In this document: positions 1 to 14,117 of the stretch, one piece after another | Layout of the letters: each line of letters begins with the position of its first letter | Position numbering within the stretch: position 1 is the first letter of the stretch | Origin: Carcharhinus longimanus | Lineage: Eukaryota | DNA length: 64,000 bases | Assembly: GCA_030264375.1 (NCBI GenBank) | Contig: JASCQW010000027.1 | Span: 65,624,340 to 65,688,339 of the forward strand | Direction: 5' to 3' | Position numbers and translations under genes: made by a program | Notes under the pieces: generated by a model | Seen by the model: only the letters and a program-made list of their open reading frames with translations | Told to the model about the DNA's origin: nothing | The model's database searches: none

Positions 1-312
1 GGGAGCTTTTCTTGATGCTGCAGACTACTGTCACCACCAGCACCAACAGCAGAAAGAGAACAATCATCCATGGCAAATGCTCATTTATGTCAAAGTGCTT
101 ATGTGCGCTTGGCCTTGGCAGGCCTTTCCTGGGAGCTCTGGAATCAGCACCAGCTCTCGAGGATTCCATGACTGGCTGAAAATTCATCGAAGCGGAAAGA
201 GCTGAATTTGGGCGTAACCGGGAAGAATGCCAAAGCTGTGCTTCTTTGGTCACTCCACTGTTTAAAGTTGTGGTTGCAGATGTAGCGGTGGTGCTCAATT
301 TTTTAGGAATAC
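1..312 (-). CDS. TNFRSF21: TNFRSF21/DR6 exon 3 (partial): Ser/Thr-rich stalk, transmembrane helix, start of cytoplasmic tail; continues beyond window start
   Basis: Acceptor ttttgcag| ends at 313, phase 1 matching exon 2. Open frame GIPKKLSTT...[44 protein letters not shown], nearly identical to the DR6 juxtamembrane/TM segment. Missed by the ORF track. Confidence 0.96.
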
Positions 313-724
313 CTGCAAAACATTAAAAACTGGTTTCCTTTACCTTGGAAGAAGCAAGGATCAAAGCTCATTAGTCAGAAAAAAGGCAATCTTCCAAAAG
401 GTTCATACTGCTTTCTCAACATGTGGGTGAACATCATGAACAACTGAGCTAATTCATAAGGTTATTGTATCACTGCAGCATACCCAGTATTTTATGCTCC
501 AGTAACATGGAAGGATGTTTAAGAACCTGCACTTAAAAGCTGCTCAGTCATTGGATTTCAGCCAAGATGAATGCTGCAGTTTGACAACTGGCTTCAGCAC
601 CTTCAACAAAGAGACAAATTAGAATCGTAGAATGGTTTCAGTACACAGGGCCTTTTGGCCAGCTCAGTATCATCCCCTGCCCAAGTGGTCAGCAGTCAAA
701 AAAAAATTGAGACTCAGTCCATGA

Positions 725-2165
725 GAGCTACAAGATACTCCCAAGGCATTTCACAGCAGTGTTAGCAAAGCCATATAAGGATGTATTTGGAAATGTTAGC
801 CAAAGATTTAACAGAATATCTTAATAAGGAGAGTAGGAAGGCAAAGAAATTCAGGGAATTGATACCAAAGCCTCGAGTCCAGGGAGCTGAATGCACAGCA
901 GCCAATGATAAGACAGAGAAAATTGGAGCTGCACAAAAGATCAGAATTGGAGCAATGCAGAGACTGAAGGCTGCAAAGTTCGGAGTTCAGAAGAGTAAGG
1001 GATGACTTAATTAAAGTACAGAAGATACTGAATCACCTCGACAAGTTGGACATGGAAAGAATGTTTGCTCTTGTGGGTGAGTCCAGAAATACTGGGCATG
1101 GTTTTAAACTTCGGGGTCACTCTTTTCAGACAGAGATGAGAATATTTTTCCTCTCAAGAATTGTACGTCTTCGGCACTATCTACCTCAAAAGGCAACAAG
1201 GCAGAATCATTGAATATTTGAACATTGAAGATGGAGGTAACGAGATTTTTGTTAGGCAAAAGAATCAACGGTCATCAGGGTAGTTGAGAATGTGGAAATT
1301 AAAAACAGCCATGATCTTACTGAATGGCAAATCAGGTTCAAAGGGCCAAATGACCTATTACTGCCGCTATTTTGTATGTTTGCATGCTGGTCACAAATAT
1401 AGAGGGATAAAAGCAAAAGGATTTGAATAGGAGGATGGCAATTTTAAATACAAATCATTGTTAGTCAAGAAACCACTGCAGGTCAATGAGCACAGGTGTT
1501 ACATATAACAATGACTTGGAGCAAGTTAGGATATGCATAGCAGTGATTTACAAGGGTGGAAGTTGGGAGGCTGGACAGGAGTCTATTGGAAGAGCTTGCA
1601 AGTAACAGAAGAACAATTGAGGATTTCAGCAGCAGGTGGACTGAGGCTCAAGCAGAGACAAGTAATATCACAAAAGTGAAACATGGGCTTTTTTGTGACG
1701 GAGAATATAATAGGGTTGGAAGCACAGTTCAGGTTGCAAAGTCTTTTTCAACCTCTGACAGCAGCGAGACAGGGATTCAATTTATCAATGGAGAAAGCAG
1801 CTGGTGACTGGCGCTAAAGACCATGGCTTCATTATTCCCAATACTTAATCAAAATGACAATGGAGGGATAATGGATGGGTCAAGAAGATGTGGTGAAGTA
1901 CAGCTGGGTGCATCAGCGTACATACAGAATCTAACATTGTCTTTTTGGCTGAAATAATTAAGGGGCATTAAGGACAGATCCTGGGGAATTCCACAGGTAA
2001 CTGCAGGAGCTGGAAGTAAGGCATTGCAGGATAGTGTCAATCTACAATTGGATAGTTAAGAACGGAACCAAGTTAGGGCAGTCCCATCACAGGGGAAAGG
2101 CATTGAAGGAGGATGGTGTTAGTGATTATGTCAAAGGCTTCAGGCAGGCTGAGAATGATGAGCTT
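725..2165 (-). mobile_element. Old L2-like LINE 3' region, interrupted by a CR1 fragment
   Basis: Degenerate L2-type sequence similar to 13400-14100 and 15630-15810. Confidence 0.5.
975..1385 (+). mobile_element. CR1 LINE 3' end
   Basis: CR1 ORF2 C-terminus remnant plus 3' UTR (agggccaaatgacctattactg). Confidence 0.7.
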
Positions 2166-2174
2166 GGTTAATGC

Positions 2175-2950
2175 TCATAATGTGAGGTAATGCATTTTGG
2201 ACAATCAAATTTAGGTACAAATTATATTGTAAATAGCAGAACCCTGAGAAACAGGAACAGAGGGATTTGGGTGTTCAAGTCCACAGGTGCCTGCAAGTAG
2301 CAATACAGGTGGCCATTGTGATTAAGAAAGCCCATGGAATGCTTGTCTTCATCAGCTGGGGCATTCAGGACAAGTGTTGGGAAATCACGTTGCAACTATA
2401 CAAAATCTTGGTTAGGCCGCATTTGGAGTACTGCGTGCAGTTCTGGTCACGACACTACCAGAAAGATGTAGAAGCTTTGGACAGAGTGCAAAGAAGGTTC
2501 ATGAGGGTGTTGACCATCAGGAGAGGTGGAATAAGGGAAGATTGCTTTCACTGGAAAGACAAAGGCTGAGGGGAGACCTGATAGAGGTCTACAAAATTAT
2601 GAGATGCATAGACAGGGTGGATAGTCAGAGGCATTTTGCAAAGGTGGAAGTGTCAATTATAAGGGGACAGAGGTTCAAGGCGAGAGGACGAAAGTTTAAG
2701 GGAGATGTGCAATGGACGTTTTTCAGGCAGAGAGTGGTGGGTGCCTGAAATGTGTTGCCAAGGGAGGTGATGGGAGCAGACATTAGTAACATTGAAGAGA
2801 CATCTGGATGGGTACAAGAACAGGGAGAGAATGGAGGGATATGGACTCTAAGGGCAGAAGGTTTTTCTTTTATTTCAGCGCATCATGATCGACACAGGCA
2901 TGGAGGGCCGAAGGGTCAGTTCTTGTGCTGTGCTTTTCTTCGTATATAGA
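2175..2950 (+). mobile_element. CR1 LINE ORF2 3' fragment
   Basis: LYKILVRPHLEYCVQFWS, LRGDLIEVYKIM and FFRQRVV motifs, with frameshifts. Confidence 0.9.
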
Positions 2951-3553
2951 ATTTTTGTGACATTGGGTGTTTCAGTGTTGTGTTATGGGTAGAAACATGA
3001 TAGGAGAAGTTCACAAATGTGTCATCACCCCTACTATCTATTAGAAAATTGCCATTACAGCATATTAAACGTTGAGTATTTCAGGGGAGAGATAGGTGTT
3101 CAACAAGCAGTTCACATTCAACAAAGTGCAGTTATTTTACTTCATCATCTTGATGGTATTTGGTGGCTTTGGTTAGAGTTCAAATATATGAATTAGCAAA
3201 TATATCTGATTCAAAGCAAATAGGTCTGAATATTTCAACACTAAAATCCAAATATCTGTTTCCAATCCGCTACAACTTTGAAGAAATTAATTCTTTTTGA
3301 AACCCGTATTTGAATCTTACAGCTTATTTTCTTCAAAAGCCCTTTCCTTTGCTTAGTGCTATCCAGTTCTAGGCATCTTGGATCAGAGCCAGATTTCAGT
3401 AATTATGCTGCTGAACACAACATGCTTCATGTACACAATTCATTTGGTTCATCAGGCAGACAAATCAAATTAATATGTACTGCAAAAGTGATGGGAGACT
3501 GTACTTCAATTGTAATGCATTAGCCCAGGTGTATTTGAATCATAAATAATTAC

Positions 3554-4196
3554 CTGATGGAGTGGAGGCATCAGGCAGTACTCCATTGTGGTGGTGAGCT
3601 GACTCTGTGCTTGAGTTGGTAGCTGTGCTCCGAGTTGTGCTTGGTAAGCCACAGATATTATCCCTTTTCCGGTTTCCTGGTTCTAAGATCTCCAGACCCT
3701 GTTCTGAACAATTGGTGAGTGTTTTGCACCTCGGACTGGAAGGCACATCAGAGAAAGTGCCACGAGGGCATGGTTTACACTTGACATCTTCTGTCTCACT
3801 TCCCTTCTTCTTCACACGCGAACCAATTGCGCAGACTGCATACACGACACAGATGTTGTTGGACAGAAAAGTACCAGGTGGGCAAGTGCACTCACGGTCA
3901 GAATAGATCGTACAGGGGAATTTCTCAATCATTGGAGCCACACAGCGCTTGCAGGTGTGACACTGATCAATGCCGTTCTCATGTTTTGTGAAAGTGCCGT
4001 TTTTACAGCGGCTGCAGACACGCAGTGATGATGCAGTGCAATGTTGTGCCACATGGGTGCCTGCAGGGCACTTATCACAGTCAATTTCTATCCCTGTTGC
4101 ACGATCACGGTGCCGGTATTTACCGGAAAGAGATAGAGCAGCCCTTGGAGCCGTTTCTACTTGAGCTGTAATGTCACCAAGCAACACAAACAGCAG
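3554..4196 (-). CDS. TNFRSF21: TNFRSF21/DR6 exon 2: end of signal peptide and CRD1-4
   Basis: Acceptor ttgttttgtttcag|CTG, donor TCAG|gtaatt; 643 nt (phase 0 to 1). Translation has YRHRDRATG, CDKCPAGT, GTFTKHENGI, DRECTCPPG, KKGSETEDVKC, RGTFSDVPSS and 18 Cys in DR6 spacing. Confidence 0.97.
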
Positions 4197-5020
4197 CTGA
4201 AACAAAACAAGAGAGAGAAAGCAAATCAGTCAGACATTTTGTAGCACGCAAAATATTTAGCGTCTTTCTACATAAGTGGATACATTAAATAGCAGCAGAT
4301 TTTTCATGCAGTGTGCCCAACGTTCATCCAAAAACAAACAGTAGAACAAACCAATTAACTGGTTATACATCTCAATGCACATGGAATTATTCCTCACAAG
4401 CAGTGTATAAAATGCAAAATTACCCTCAATTTGATCGTGATTAGCAAGAAGTTACTTGTGTAAGCCTAAAGATGTTTGGTGTGGGGGAAAAGAGGAAAAG
4501 TTTTCTCAGAGTAGAGTGTTCTTCCGAATTTGCAGCTAAAGGACATGTAAGGTCTAAATAAAGGGTGCATGATTTGACATTTAGCTATGCTGTGTCTGTC
4601 CTCAGAACACTTAATGCTAACAACTGTTGCCTTAATTATGAAGCATCTGATTACCAACACCATCATCCTCTTACTTTGCTAAGCAGAAAGAAAATGTTCA
4701 CATTACAGCAAAATTGCATTACCCCACCCAGTATAAGATTCCACCTATTCAGCAACAATGTAACATTACCAGAGTGGATGTGGGAAACTGAAATCATCCA
4801 TTAACCCTCTTTGACAAATGCCGAAAAGTGGAATACTAGACGCATCGGCAACCCATTTCAAGTGAATAGATAACTCCAGTAAGAGCATTAATCAGATCGA
4901 AAGAGGCAAAAAAAATTGCCTACTGTTCTGTTGCCAACAGCCGCAACTTCAAGTCCGCCCTAAAGGTTAACATTCAGGGGCTTACTAATTATCAAGATAC
5001 GATGAAAAGGGAAAAAGGCT

Positions 5021-5300
5021 TTTAAGTTTATTTATTAGTGTTACAAGTAGGTTTACATTAACACTGCCATGAAATTACTGTGAAAATCCCCCAGTCGGCC
5101 ACTGTTTGGACACAGAGGGAGAATTTAGTATGGCCAATGTGCCTAACCAGCATGCATTTCACAATGTGGGAGGAAACCGAACATCCAGAGGAAACCTTCG
5201 CGGGCACAAGTCCACACAGATGGTGACCAAAGCCGGGAATTGAACTCAGATCCCTAACGCAGTGAGGTAGCAGTGCTAACCACTGTGCCACCATGCTGCC
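5021..5300 (-). mobile_element. tRNA-derived V-domain SINE, tail type B
   Basis: Head gtggcacagtggttagcactgc, V-domain, tail gtaagcctacttgt..ctaataaataaactt. Confidence 0.85.
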
Positions 5301-7018
5301 AGTAGGTATAAGGGGAACAAATCAGGGGAGACGTTATTAGAGTACAGAAAGTGCAGGGTGGATCTCCAGAAAGCAAAGGGAGGATATGAGAAAGCTCTGG
5401 CTGGCAAAAGTAAGGGAAATCCTAATATTCTATAAGTATATCAATGATAACCAGGGAAAGAGAGGGGCACATTAAGGACCAATTTGTGGATAGAGCCAGA
5501 GGACATTGGTAGTATGTTGATCAAATACTTCACATCCATCCAAGTGATGAAGGACGGAGGTATGGAATTCAAGGAGAGACTCTAAGGTTCTTGAGCAACA
5601 TGACGTAGTGAGTGATGAAGTATTGGAGGTGTTGGCAGGTATAAAATGTGGACAAATCTCCAGATCTGGATGAAGTGTGTTCTGGGAGGCTGTGGGAGGC
5701 AAGGGAGGAGACTGCAGGGGCTCTGACCAATATTTTATTCCTCCCAGACCATGGGGGAGGTGCCAGACGACTGGAGAACAGCTAATGTGGTCCTGCTATT
5801 TAAGGAGGGTTGTGGGGATAAGCCAGGGAACTACAGACTAGCAAGTCTCACATCAGTGGTTGGGAAACTATTGGAGAAGATTCTGAAGGAGAGCACCTAC
5901 CTTCACTTGGAGAGGCAAGGCTTGATCAGGGGTAGTCAGCACGGCTTTGTCAAAGGGTCATGCTGAAGAAATGTGGTGGTTTTTTTTTGAGGGGGCGATC
6001 AGATGTGTCTATGAGGGTAGTGCAGTTGATGTAGTTTATATGGATTTCAGCAAAGTCTCCAACAAGTCCTAGATGGGGGACTTATAAAGAAGGAAAATGC
6101 ACGTGGGATACAAGGTAATTTGATAAAATGGATCCAAAATTGACTTCGTTGGAGGAGACAGAGGACAGAAGGTTGTGTCCAATGGCATACCACATAATCT
6201 GAAGGCAAAGGTCATGTTAACAGGGTGATGAAAAAGATATCCAGGTCACTTGCCTTTAGCAAAAGAGGTACAGATTATAAAAGCAGGGAGGTCATGTTGG
6301 GAGTTAGATAAAATTTTGGTATGGCCACAACTCGAGTACTGTGTGCAATTCTGGTTGCCACATTGTAGGAAGGATGTTCATTGCACTGGAAGGAGTGCGG
6401 AAGAGATTCATCAGGTTGCTGCCAGGGGCAGAACATAAAAGTTTGAGGAGAGAGTGGATAGAATCATAGAATCCCTACAGTGCAGAAGGAGGCTATTTGG
6501 CCCATCAAGCCTGTGCAAACAGCAATCCCACCCAGGCCATATTGCCGTACCCCATGTATTTAGCCTGCTCATCCCTCTTACACTAAGGGGCAATTCAGCA
6601 TGGCCAAATCAACGTAACATGCCTATCTTTGGAGTGTGGGAGGAAACCAGATCACCCAGAGGATATGGGCTGTTTTTGTTGGAGCAGAGAAGACTGAAGG
6701 GAGATCTCATCAAGGAATGCAAGATTGTAAAGGGCATGGACAGGGTGAACTGCAAGCAGCTGTTCCCCTCAGTCACGAGAGTGCACAAGTTCAACATGAA
6801 GGGCAGGAGGTTTAGAAGGTGGTGTGAGGGTGCTGACAGTCTGAAATGTGCTGCTTGAGGGTGATAGAGCCAAATTACTTCACATTATTTGGCACTTGGC
6901 ACATCATAACAATCAAGCGCTGGTAAATGAGGTTAGGTAGATAGTTTAGGCTCATCTCATGTGTTGGTGCAGACTTGACTGGCTGAAGGGCTTCTTCTGT
7001 ACTATGTGACTCTATGAT
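5301..7018 (+). mobile_element. Internally deleted CR1 LINE ORF2 with nested antisense HE1-like SINE piece (~6460-6660)
   Basis: GEVPDDWRTANVVLLFK..DKPGNYR, QHGFVKG, VYMDFSK and LEYCVQFW motifs. Confidence 0.88.
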
Positions 7019-8989
7019 CTCCAATAACCATCAAATAATAATTTTTATGGCACACAAAAGTAAAGGCTGAGATATCAAATACTTATGCAAGACCCAAAAT
7101 ATGTGCACAAACAACCATCATCCTGATGATACTCCACATAATTTCAGACAATTTCTACTGCAGAGCATGGATGTTTCCTTGGTGATTTATGCCAGTTTTT
7201 TTATTTTAAAATTGTCTGATAGTGCAGTGCACCTAACAGAACTTTCCTGCATTCCAGAGCAATGCTGTGCTATATCAACAGGAGCAGAATTCATGGAATT
7301 TTTGATTTGCATTAAATCCAAGAGGGAGCTCTTCTCATTATGATAGATAATGGGGGACTCCAGTATGAAATTATGCTTTTGAGTAATAATAATAAAGTTT
7401 TGACGAGCTGGTTCTTTGCACCTCTGGAACTCAAGCTTTAATTGCGACCAAATTGACTGAACATCCCCGTGTTAAAAAAAAAAATCAGTCTCACATTGAT
7501 GAAGCATTTTATCTCAAAATCCTTTGTGTAGGTTAACTTATTCTAATGCTCTGACTTGTATCTACAACTCCAATGACATGGTTGTGTTTGAGAAAGGGAT
7601 GATGGCTGGGACAATGGCCAGCAAAAAAAAAAACTCATGGTATATAAAATTGAAGAGTGAAGGGTATGGATAAAAACTAATCAGTTTAAAAACAAAGCCA
7701 CACTGTTCAGACAATGGAAGGAATATATTGATGCTTTTAAGCAACAAACGTGGCAAAGCTTTCTGAATAGAGTCAAGAAAAGTTTTCTTTCTTACACCAA
7801 AATTAAATGTTTTGTTTAGCAGAACCATACAATGTGTAATATGCACACACAAACACAATACTACGTGTATCATCATTTTTCATGTGCAATACAGATTTCC
7901 GTAGTTCATATGCAGATTAAGGTAATGGAACATTGTACAATTTTCTTCATAACCAGGCAAGGACTGAAACAACAGTTGGGTCATTTGCATGCATCTAAAA
8001 ATAACCAACAAGTCTGCACGTGAAATGTTCATCCCTCAGTTTCATATAATGAACTTGTTGTGCATTTCTGTTGTTATTTCAATTTATTTTTAAACTAATG
8101 CTAAGAGGCTCTGGGTTAGTAAAGTAACCACTTTATTTCTGGAAATACGGACAAAGTCATTCAAATAGAAGATTACAGATTCTTCATTATTTGCAGTCAG
8201 ACTTGAATTTAACGTCAATATGAAAAAACACGTTACAGCTTTATACACTTGAGCTTTACAAAGGCAACGGTTCAACTGACATACATCATGTGCATTAGCT
8301 AGGAAGCTGAATTTACAAAGGAAGTGCTGATGAGCTGGTCCAACGCCACAATGCAGCTGATGCACCAAATCATGCATTAGATAGATATGTACTAAATCAA
8401 CAGTGGAATAACACAGACTGATGGTAACTATCCCATGGCAGACTGGAATAAATGTTAAGTATGTGGCCAAAATAGGAATTAGATTTTAAGATTCACTCAA
8501 GGTTGCTTTTTGGTCCAACAAGTATAGAAGCATTGTTGGATTTAAATCTCAGAAACGAAGGGTGGCAATAACTGATGTGCATGTGGTAGAATAATTGGGA
8601 AGTAGTGATCACAATACAGTCAGGCTCAACATGATTACATGAAAGGATAATGAAGGGCGAACAATAAGGGTGCTGGAAACGGGAAAGACAACGAGGGCCT
8701 TGCTAAAATTAACTTGGTTGCAAAGTGATTATATAAATTAGCTGTGGGTAAGCTTAAAATAGATGCAGTATAGACAACTAATACAAGTGTCCTCAGACAC
8801 AGATTAAAATTACATCGACTCAAATGATTTATTTTCAATGACCACAACCATCTTCCTTTGGTATTCTTTCCACTTCCCCCCCGCAACTTATTCCCACTTC
8901 AGTTTGCCAGGGCTCCTCGATATCACACTCAAGTCAAATGCTGCCTTGATGTCAAGGGCATTCACTTTCATCTCAAGGTTACTTGGTGC

Positions 8990-9240
8990 TAAAACTTGGA
9001 AATCACTTGGAGAGTAGGGAATGTTTTGGAGGAAGTTCTTCATAGGATTGTGGGAGCATTAAATCCATTCCCTTTGGATGGTTGTGGCAAAGACCATAGC
9101 ATCTTTGAAGGGAAAGGTGGATGAAAAATTAAAATAATAGAAACTGCAAGACTGAGGAATAATGTAGTGGGAATAGGTTTGGCTCTACCAAGTAGCTAGC
9201 ACAATTGTAAAGGGCTGTATGGCCTCCTGTATTGTCAATA
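8990..9240 (+). mobile_element. Old CR1 3' end
   Basis: Degenerate ORF2 C-terminus and gggctgtatggcctcc tail. Confidence 0.5.
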
Positions 9241-10189
9241 TAAATGGGTTACTCAGTTCATTGAACCAATACAGAATTTGTTTTCTGTTCTGCAGCGATT
9301 TGGAACACAATCTGTTTCATGCAAAAGCTCTATCCCCAATGCTATTTATAATTCACAGTGCGCAAATGTATGCATAAGGTTGCTATTAATATCGGCAAGC
9401 TAAATTAACAGTTGAATTATGAAACTGACCAAAATGGGACTTCCCCAATCAAATGGGTGCCAACCAGACACGACTGTAGTATACAAATGTTCTATTAAAG
9501 GATACTGTAACTTGCTACATTGGCTGTAAAACTTTGAGAGGTGTGGTGATCAAGAAAGGTATTTTTTCTTTTAAAATACAAATCAGCTTGTTTTTAATTG
9601 TTTTGAAAACTTGTGCCATTGGAAATGCAATCCATTAACAACTTATTGAAAGCCAAGTTTACACTGGCACTGAAAAATTTTAGCTTATAGATATTTAACC
9701 CCTCTTTAGGTCACTCACCTACCAATCTCCAACCACCCCAAATGTCTCCCCATTAACTGAGCATGTTCAAAGTTAGAATGCATAGACCCATTTTTGGATT
9801 GAAGTAAAGTAAACTGAATTACAGAGAACTGAAACAGCCATTACAGAACCATCTGTTCTTGCATGAAGGTCCATTGTTCAATTAATATGGAAGGTAGTGT
9901 TACTCAAAATTTAATTGGTACTTCATCTAATCTGGGAACTCCTGCTGTACACACTGCGTACGTTCCTCAAAAAAGTAATAACCCCACAGATTACTGTGTT
10001 TCAGTGCAGCATGCTCCCATAATCTGTACCTAGCATTATAATTTAAATTGCATTACGAAGATAAGAAATAACTGATTTAAACTAATCAAAAGTCCTCCAT
10101 CATTAGCACTTAGAATTTATATTGTCTCTGGTGATTAATGCACTTCGTCATGTACGTATTTTCTCTAACGGCCAAATATTGCTTAAAAA

Positions 10190-11730
10190 CATTATTACTA
10201 AGCAAAACAGTTCCAACTTGAAAAAAGTATGTGAAAAATTATTGGGACTAGATACTGACATATACCCTGAATTCGATAGCCTACGTCCTCAGATCTTAAA
10301 AGGAAGTGGCTATAGAGATAATAGAAGTATTAGTTGTTAGGATTTAAAAATCCAGAAATTCTGCAAAGGTTTCAGCAAATTGGAAAACTTCAAATGCACA
10401 GGAGAAAGAAAACAGGAAATTAACGACTTGTTTAGCCTAACAACTGTCATTAAGAAAATGTTGGATTCCATTATGAAGGAAGGAGCAGCAAGAAATGTAG
10501 AAAATTTTTATAACAAGCAAGCAGAATCAACATCGTTTTATGAAAAGAAAAATAAAATCACATTTGATCAATTTATTATAGTTCTTTAAGATGTGGATTA
10601 AAAGGAAATGAGAAATGAAAGGACGATGGCACACAAAATTACATGTCATGGTGCGGAGGGCAAATTATTAACATGGAGGGGATTAACAGAGTCAGGATGA
10701 ATGGTTTGTTTTCAGAAAGAAACTGTAATGACTGGGATGCTACAGTGATCAATCCTGGGCCCCCCATTATTTACAATCTATATTAACAACTTGAGTGAAG
10801 GGACAGAGTGGATTATAGTCAAATTTGGCAATGATAAAGAAAAATCAGAAAGCAAGTTGTGAAGAGGGCATATCAAGTGTTGCAAAAGGGATATAGATTA
10901 GTTAAGTAAATGGACAAAAAAAATTGGCAAACGGGCAGTGACGAGCAGTTGTTGTATAATGTGGGAAAGGGGGAGGTTTGTCAAAGCAAAATATTACTTA
11001 AATTGAGAGAGACTGCAGAATTCTGAAGAACAGCAAAATTTTGAATATCCTTATCCATGAAACAAAAATTAAGCATGTAAGTAGAAGTAGTAACTAGGAA
11101 AGGAAATGCAACGTTGGCCTTTACTACAATAGTGATGGCACATACAAGTAATGAAGCCCTTCTACAACTGTACAGGGCATTAGTGAGACCACACAGACTA
11201 CGGTGTATAGTTTTGGTCTCCTTATTTAAGAAGAGTTTACACTTGCAGTGGAAACAGCTCAGAGAAGGTTTATCAGGCTGATTCCTGGAATGAAATGGTT
11301 GTACTGTAAGGAAACATTGAGCAGGTTGGTCCTACAGTCAGAGGGGTTCAAAAGAATGAGAAGTAATCGTATCGAAACATGGGATTCCAAAAGGGCCTGT
11401 CAAGATAGATGCTGAATGAGTATTTCCAAGAAGTGATATGGAACTCAGGAACAGGGGTTTTCCATTTGGAGACAAAAGATGGAGGAGGAATTTCTTCTTT
11501 CAAGGGAACAATGAATATTTGGAATTCTCTACTTGAGAAGCTATGGAGGCTGGATTACTGAACATATTCAAGGCTGACATAGACAGGCTTGGAGCTGGCA
11601 AGAGTTATAGAGACAGGAAAGTGGAGTGGAGTGGAGTGGAAGACAAGGTCAGATCAGGCATGATTTTATGGAATGGTGTAGGCGGCTAGAGAAGCCACCT
11701 GGCCTACTCCTGCTCCTACTTCGATGTTCA
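10190..11730 (+). mobile_element. Old CR1 LINE RT and 3' end
   Basis: Degenerate RT motifs (LFTIYINNL, LYRALVRPH) and 3' UTR tggcctactcctgctcct. Confidence 0.8.
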
Positions 11731-12261
11731 AATTCACCATCCTCCTCAATCCTGTAAACTCGTTGGTTGAGATATAATGTTTGTCCCTTTATTCATTAAA
11801 GCATCAGATGTCCTTTTACCCTTGCTGTACCATTATCAACTTACATTTCCAACACCTTGGGAGAAAAATCTGCAATCCAAATTGATATAAATAAAACTTG
11901 CCTGCTGCAAGATACATTTCCCCCACCCTCTCACCTCTATCACATTCAGTCCCTATAATGTTTACACTGCTTAATAATGCAGGAAAAAACTGTCTGCAAG
12001 ACATGAAATCATCGGTCCCTGCAATCAGATATTTACAGAGACATCAGCGATCACTCCATAAATATTTCTTCTGCCAATACTAAATAGATTGCAGCATTTT
12101 TCAGCTGCTTTTGAACAATAATGAAATACTGAAAAATTCATAAACATTCAGAAATCTTTANNNNNGACAATCTAAATTTACAGAATAAAGATTCCTTCTC
12201 CATGCACAGTTTTAATATGATGGGATACTACGAGTACTTAATTTCATAATCATCCATTTAA

Positions 12262-12630
12262 CAGTGACATGGTGGTACTGGTACTGGATTAGTAATCCAG
12301 AGACTCAAGTAATTTTCAGGCGACCTGGATTTGAATCCCACTACAGCAGATCGTGGGATTTAAAGTCAATAAAAATCTAGAATCAAAAAAAAATTCCAGT
12401 GACCATGAAATGTCTGTCCACAGTCCATAAAAAAAGCATCTGCTTCACTAGTGTCCTTTAGGAAGGAAATCTGTCACTTCACCTGGTCTGGTCTACATGT
12501 GCCTTCAGACCCACAGCAATGTGGTTGACTCTTCAATGCACCCCAAAATGCCCAAGCAAGCCACTCAGTTCAAGGGCAGTTAGGAATAGTCAATAAATGT
12601 TGGTCCATTCCCTGAATGAATTTAAAAAAT
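12262..12630 (+). mobile_element. tRNA-derived SINE of a separate family
   Basis: B-box-like ggatttgaatccc head; body acctggtctggtctacatgtg..cagcaatgtggttgactctt..caagccactcagttcaagggc; A-rich end. Confidence 0.7.
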
Positions 12631-13399
12631 TAACATGTTGACCTGTGCAACAGTTTATACAAATGTCAATTTAGATCATTAAGATTGAAATCTATGACTT
12701 TGACTTAATTCCCACTCCAGAGACTTCAGCACAAAATTCTAGGCTTACTTTTCATTAAGCACATATCGTCATTGAGGGCTTTTGTATGCTGCCGTGTGCC
12801 TGACAGCAGATTTTCTCTTTCGAATCCTAACCAGCTAGGACACTGATGCAAGGAGGAAACATGTGCACACCCTAAAGGAATGGAAATGCAAATAACAAAA
12901 TGGGTATTTTTTGCACATTCAATTTCACAATTCTGACCACGACAAATTAAACTAAACCACATAACCTATCATGACACAAACATGAGACAAGTAAAAACAA
13001 ACTTTTGATCCACTGGAATTATGTAACTACGTGGAAACAAAGACACAAGATAAATAGAGAGGAGTTAAGATTTTGAATTGAAACAGTAACAAATAACATG
13101 AAAATAAACTGAGGCTATCCAAGGAAGAAAGTTAAAGTTAACTTTTATCCCTTAGTAACAAAGTGTTGCCACTCCTGAGATCAAATAAGTTTTGTTGCAG
13201 CCAAGACAGATAAACTTGGAGCAATACAACAATGCTCTGCATTTTCCTTCACGTTATCACTGATAAGAAAATTATTTTCCAATGTTTCAAATTTCTGATT
13301 CATGACTATTGAACGCAAGTAGGCAAGGCAGAGCCTTGTACAAGTGCACTTAAATAGAACTGCAGATATTTGCTGACCATCATCTGAATGCCAATGAAG

Positions 13400-14100
13400 T
13401 TTTTATATCACCATGAACATCCCAAAGTGTTTCACATGGGCACCCAAACACGACACTAAAGGAGATATTCGGTCAGATGACCAAAAGCTTGGTCAAAGAG
13501 ACCTGCTTTAAGGGGTATCTGAAATGTGCAGAGGACGTAGAGAGTTGGAGAGGAATCCCAGAGCTAAGGCAGTGGAAAATACTGCCACTAATGGTGGAGA
13601 GATTGAAATTGGAGATGCTCAAGAAGCCAGAATTAAAGGAGCATTGCTATCTCTAAGGGATGTGGGGACGGAGGACATGGGGTTTAAAAGCTAAGAGAAG
13701 AATTTAAAAACTAATAAATGGTTTAACCAGGAGCCCAAAAAGTAATAATCAGTGAACAGAACTTGCTCATGGTTTGCAAAACCCTCAACTTTACAGACAG
13801 AATGTCGGAGACCAGCCAGGAACACACAGGAATAATAAAGGTGAGAAACAGCAAGGGCACAAGGGTTTCAGTGGCAGATGAGCAGAGACAGAGGTGACGT
13901 TGAACGATGTTACAGAGGTCAAGATAGGCAGTCTTAGCAATGGTGCAAAAGTAAAATTGCAAGTTCATCTTGGGGCCAAATGTGACAACAAAAGTTGTGA
14001 ACAGACTGGTTTAATCTTGGACAGTTGTCAAGGAAAGGGATGGAGCCAACCGCTCAGGAACAGAGTTTGGAGCCAAAATCAAAAATAACAATTTTAGCCA
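13400..14100 (-). mobile_element. L2-like LINE 3' fragment
   Basis: gatgaccaaaagcttggtcaaagag motif; minus-strand SSATETLV-type L2 C-terminal remnant. Confidence 0.6.
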
Positions 14101-14117
14101 TGAATATTGCAGATAAG

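Noticed and set aside
3540-4205. 221-aa ORF as a stand-alone soluble TNFR gene (OPG/DcR3-like)
   Set aside because: Its start and stop lie in introns; splice sites and flanking exons show it is TNFRSF21 exon 2
8327-8365. CTGATGA-GCTG..CAGC as another hammerhead
   Set aside because: No GAAA after the stem
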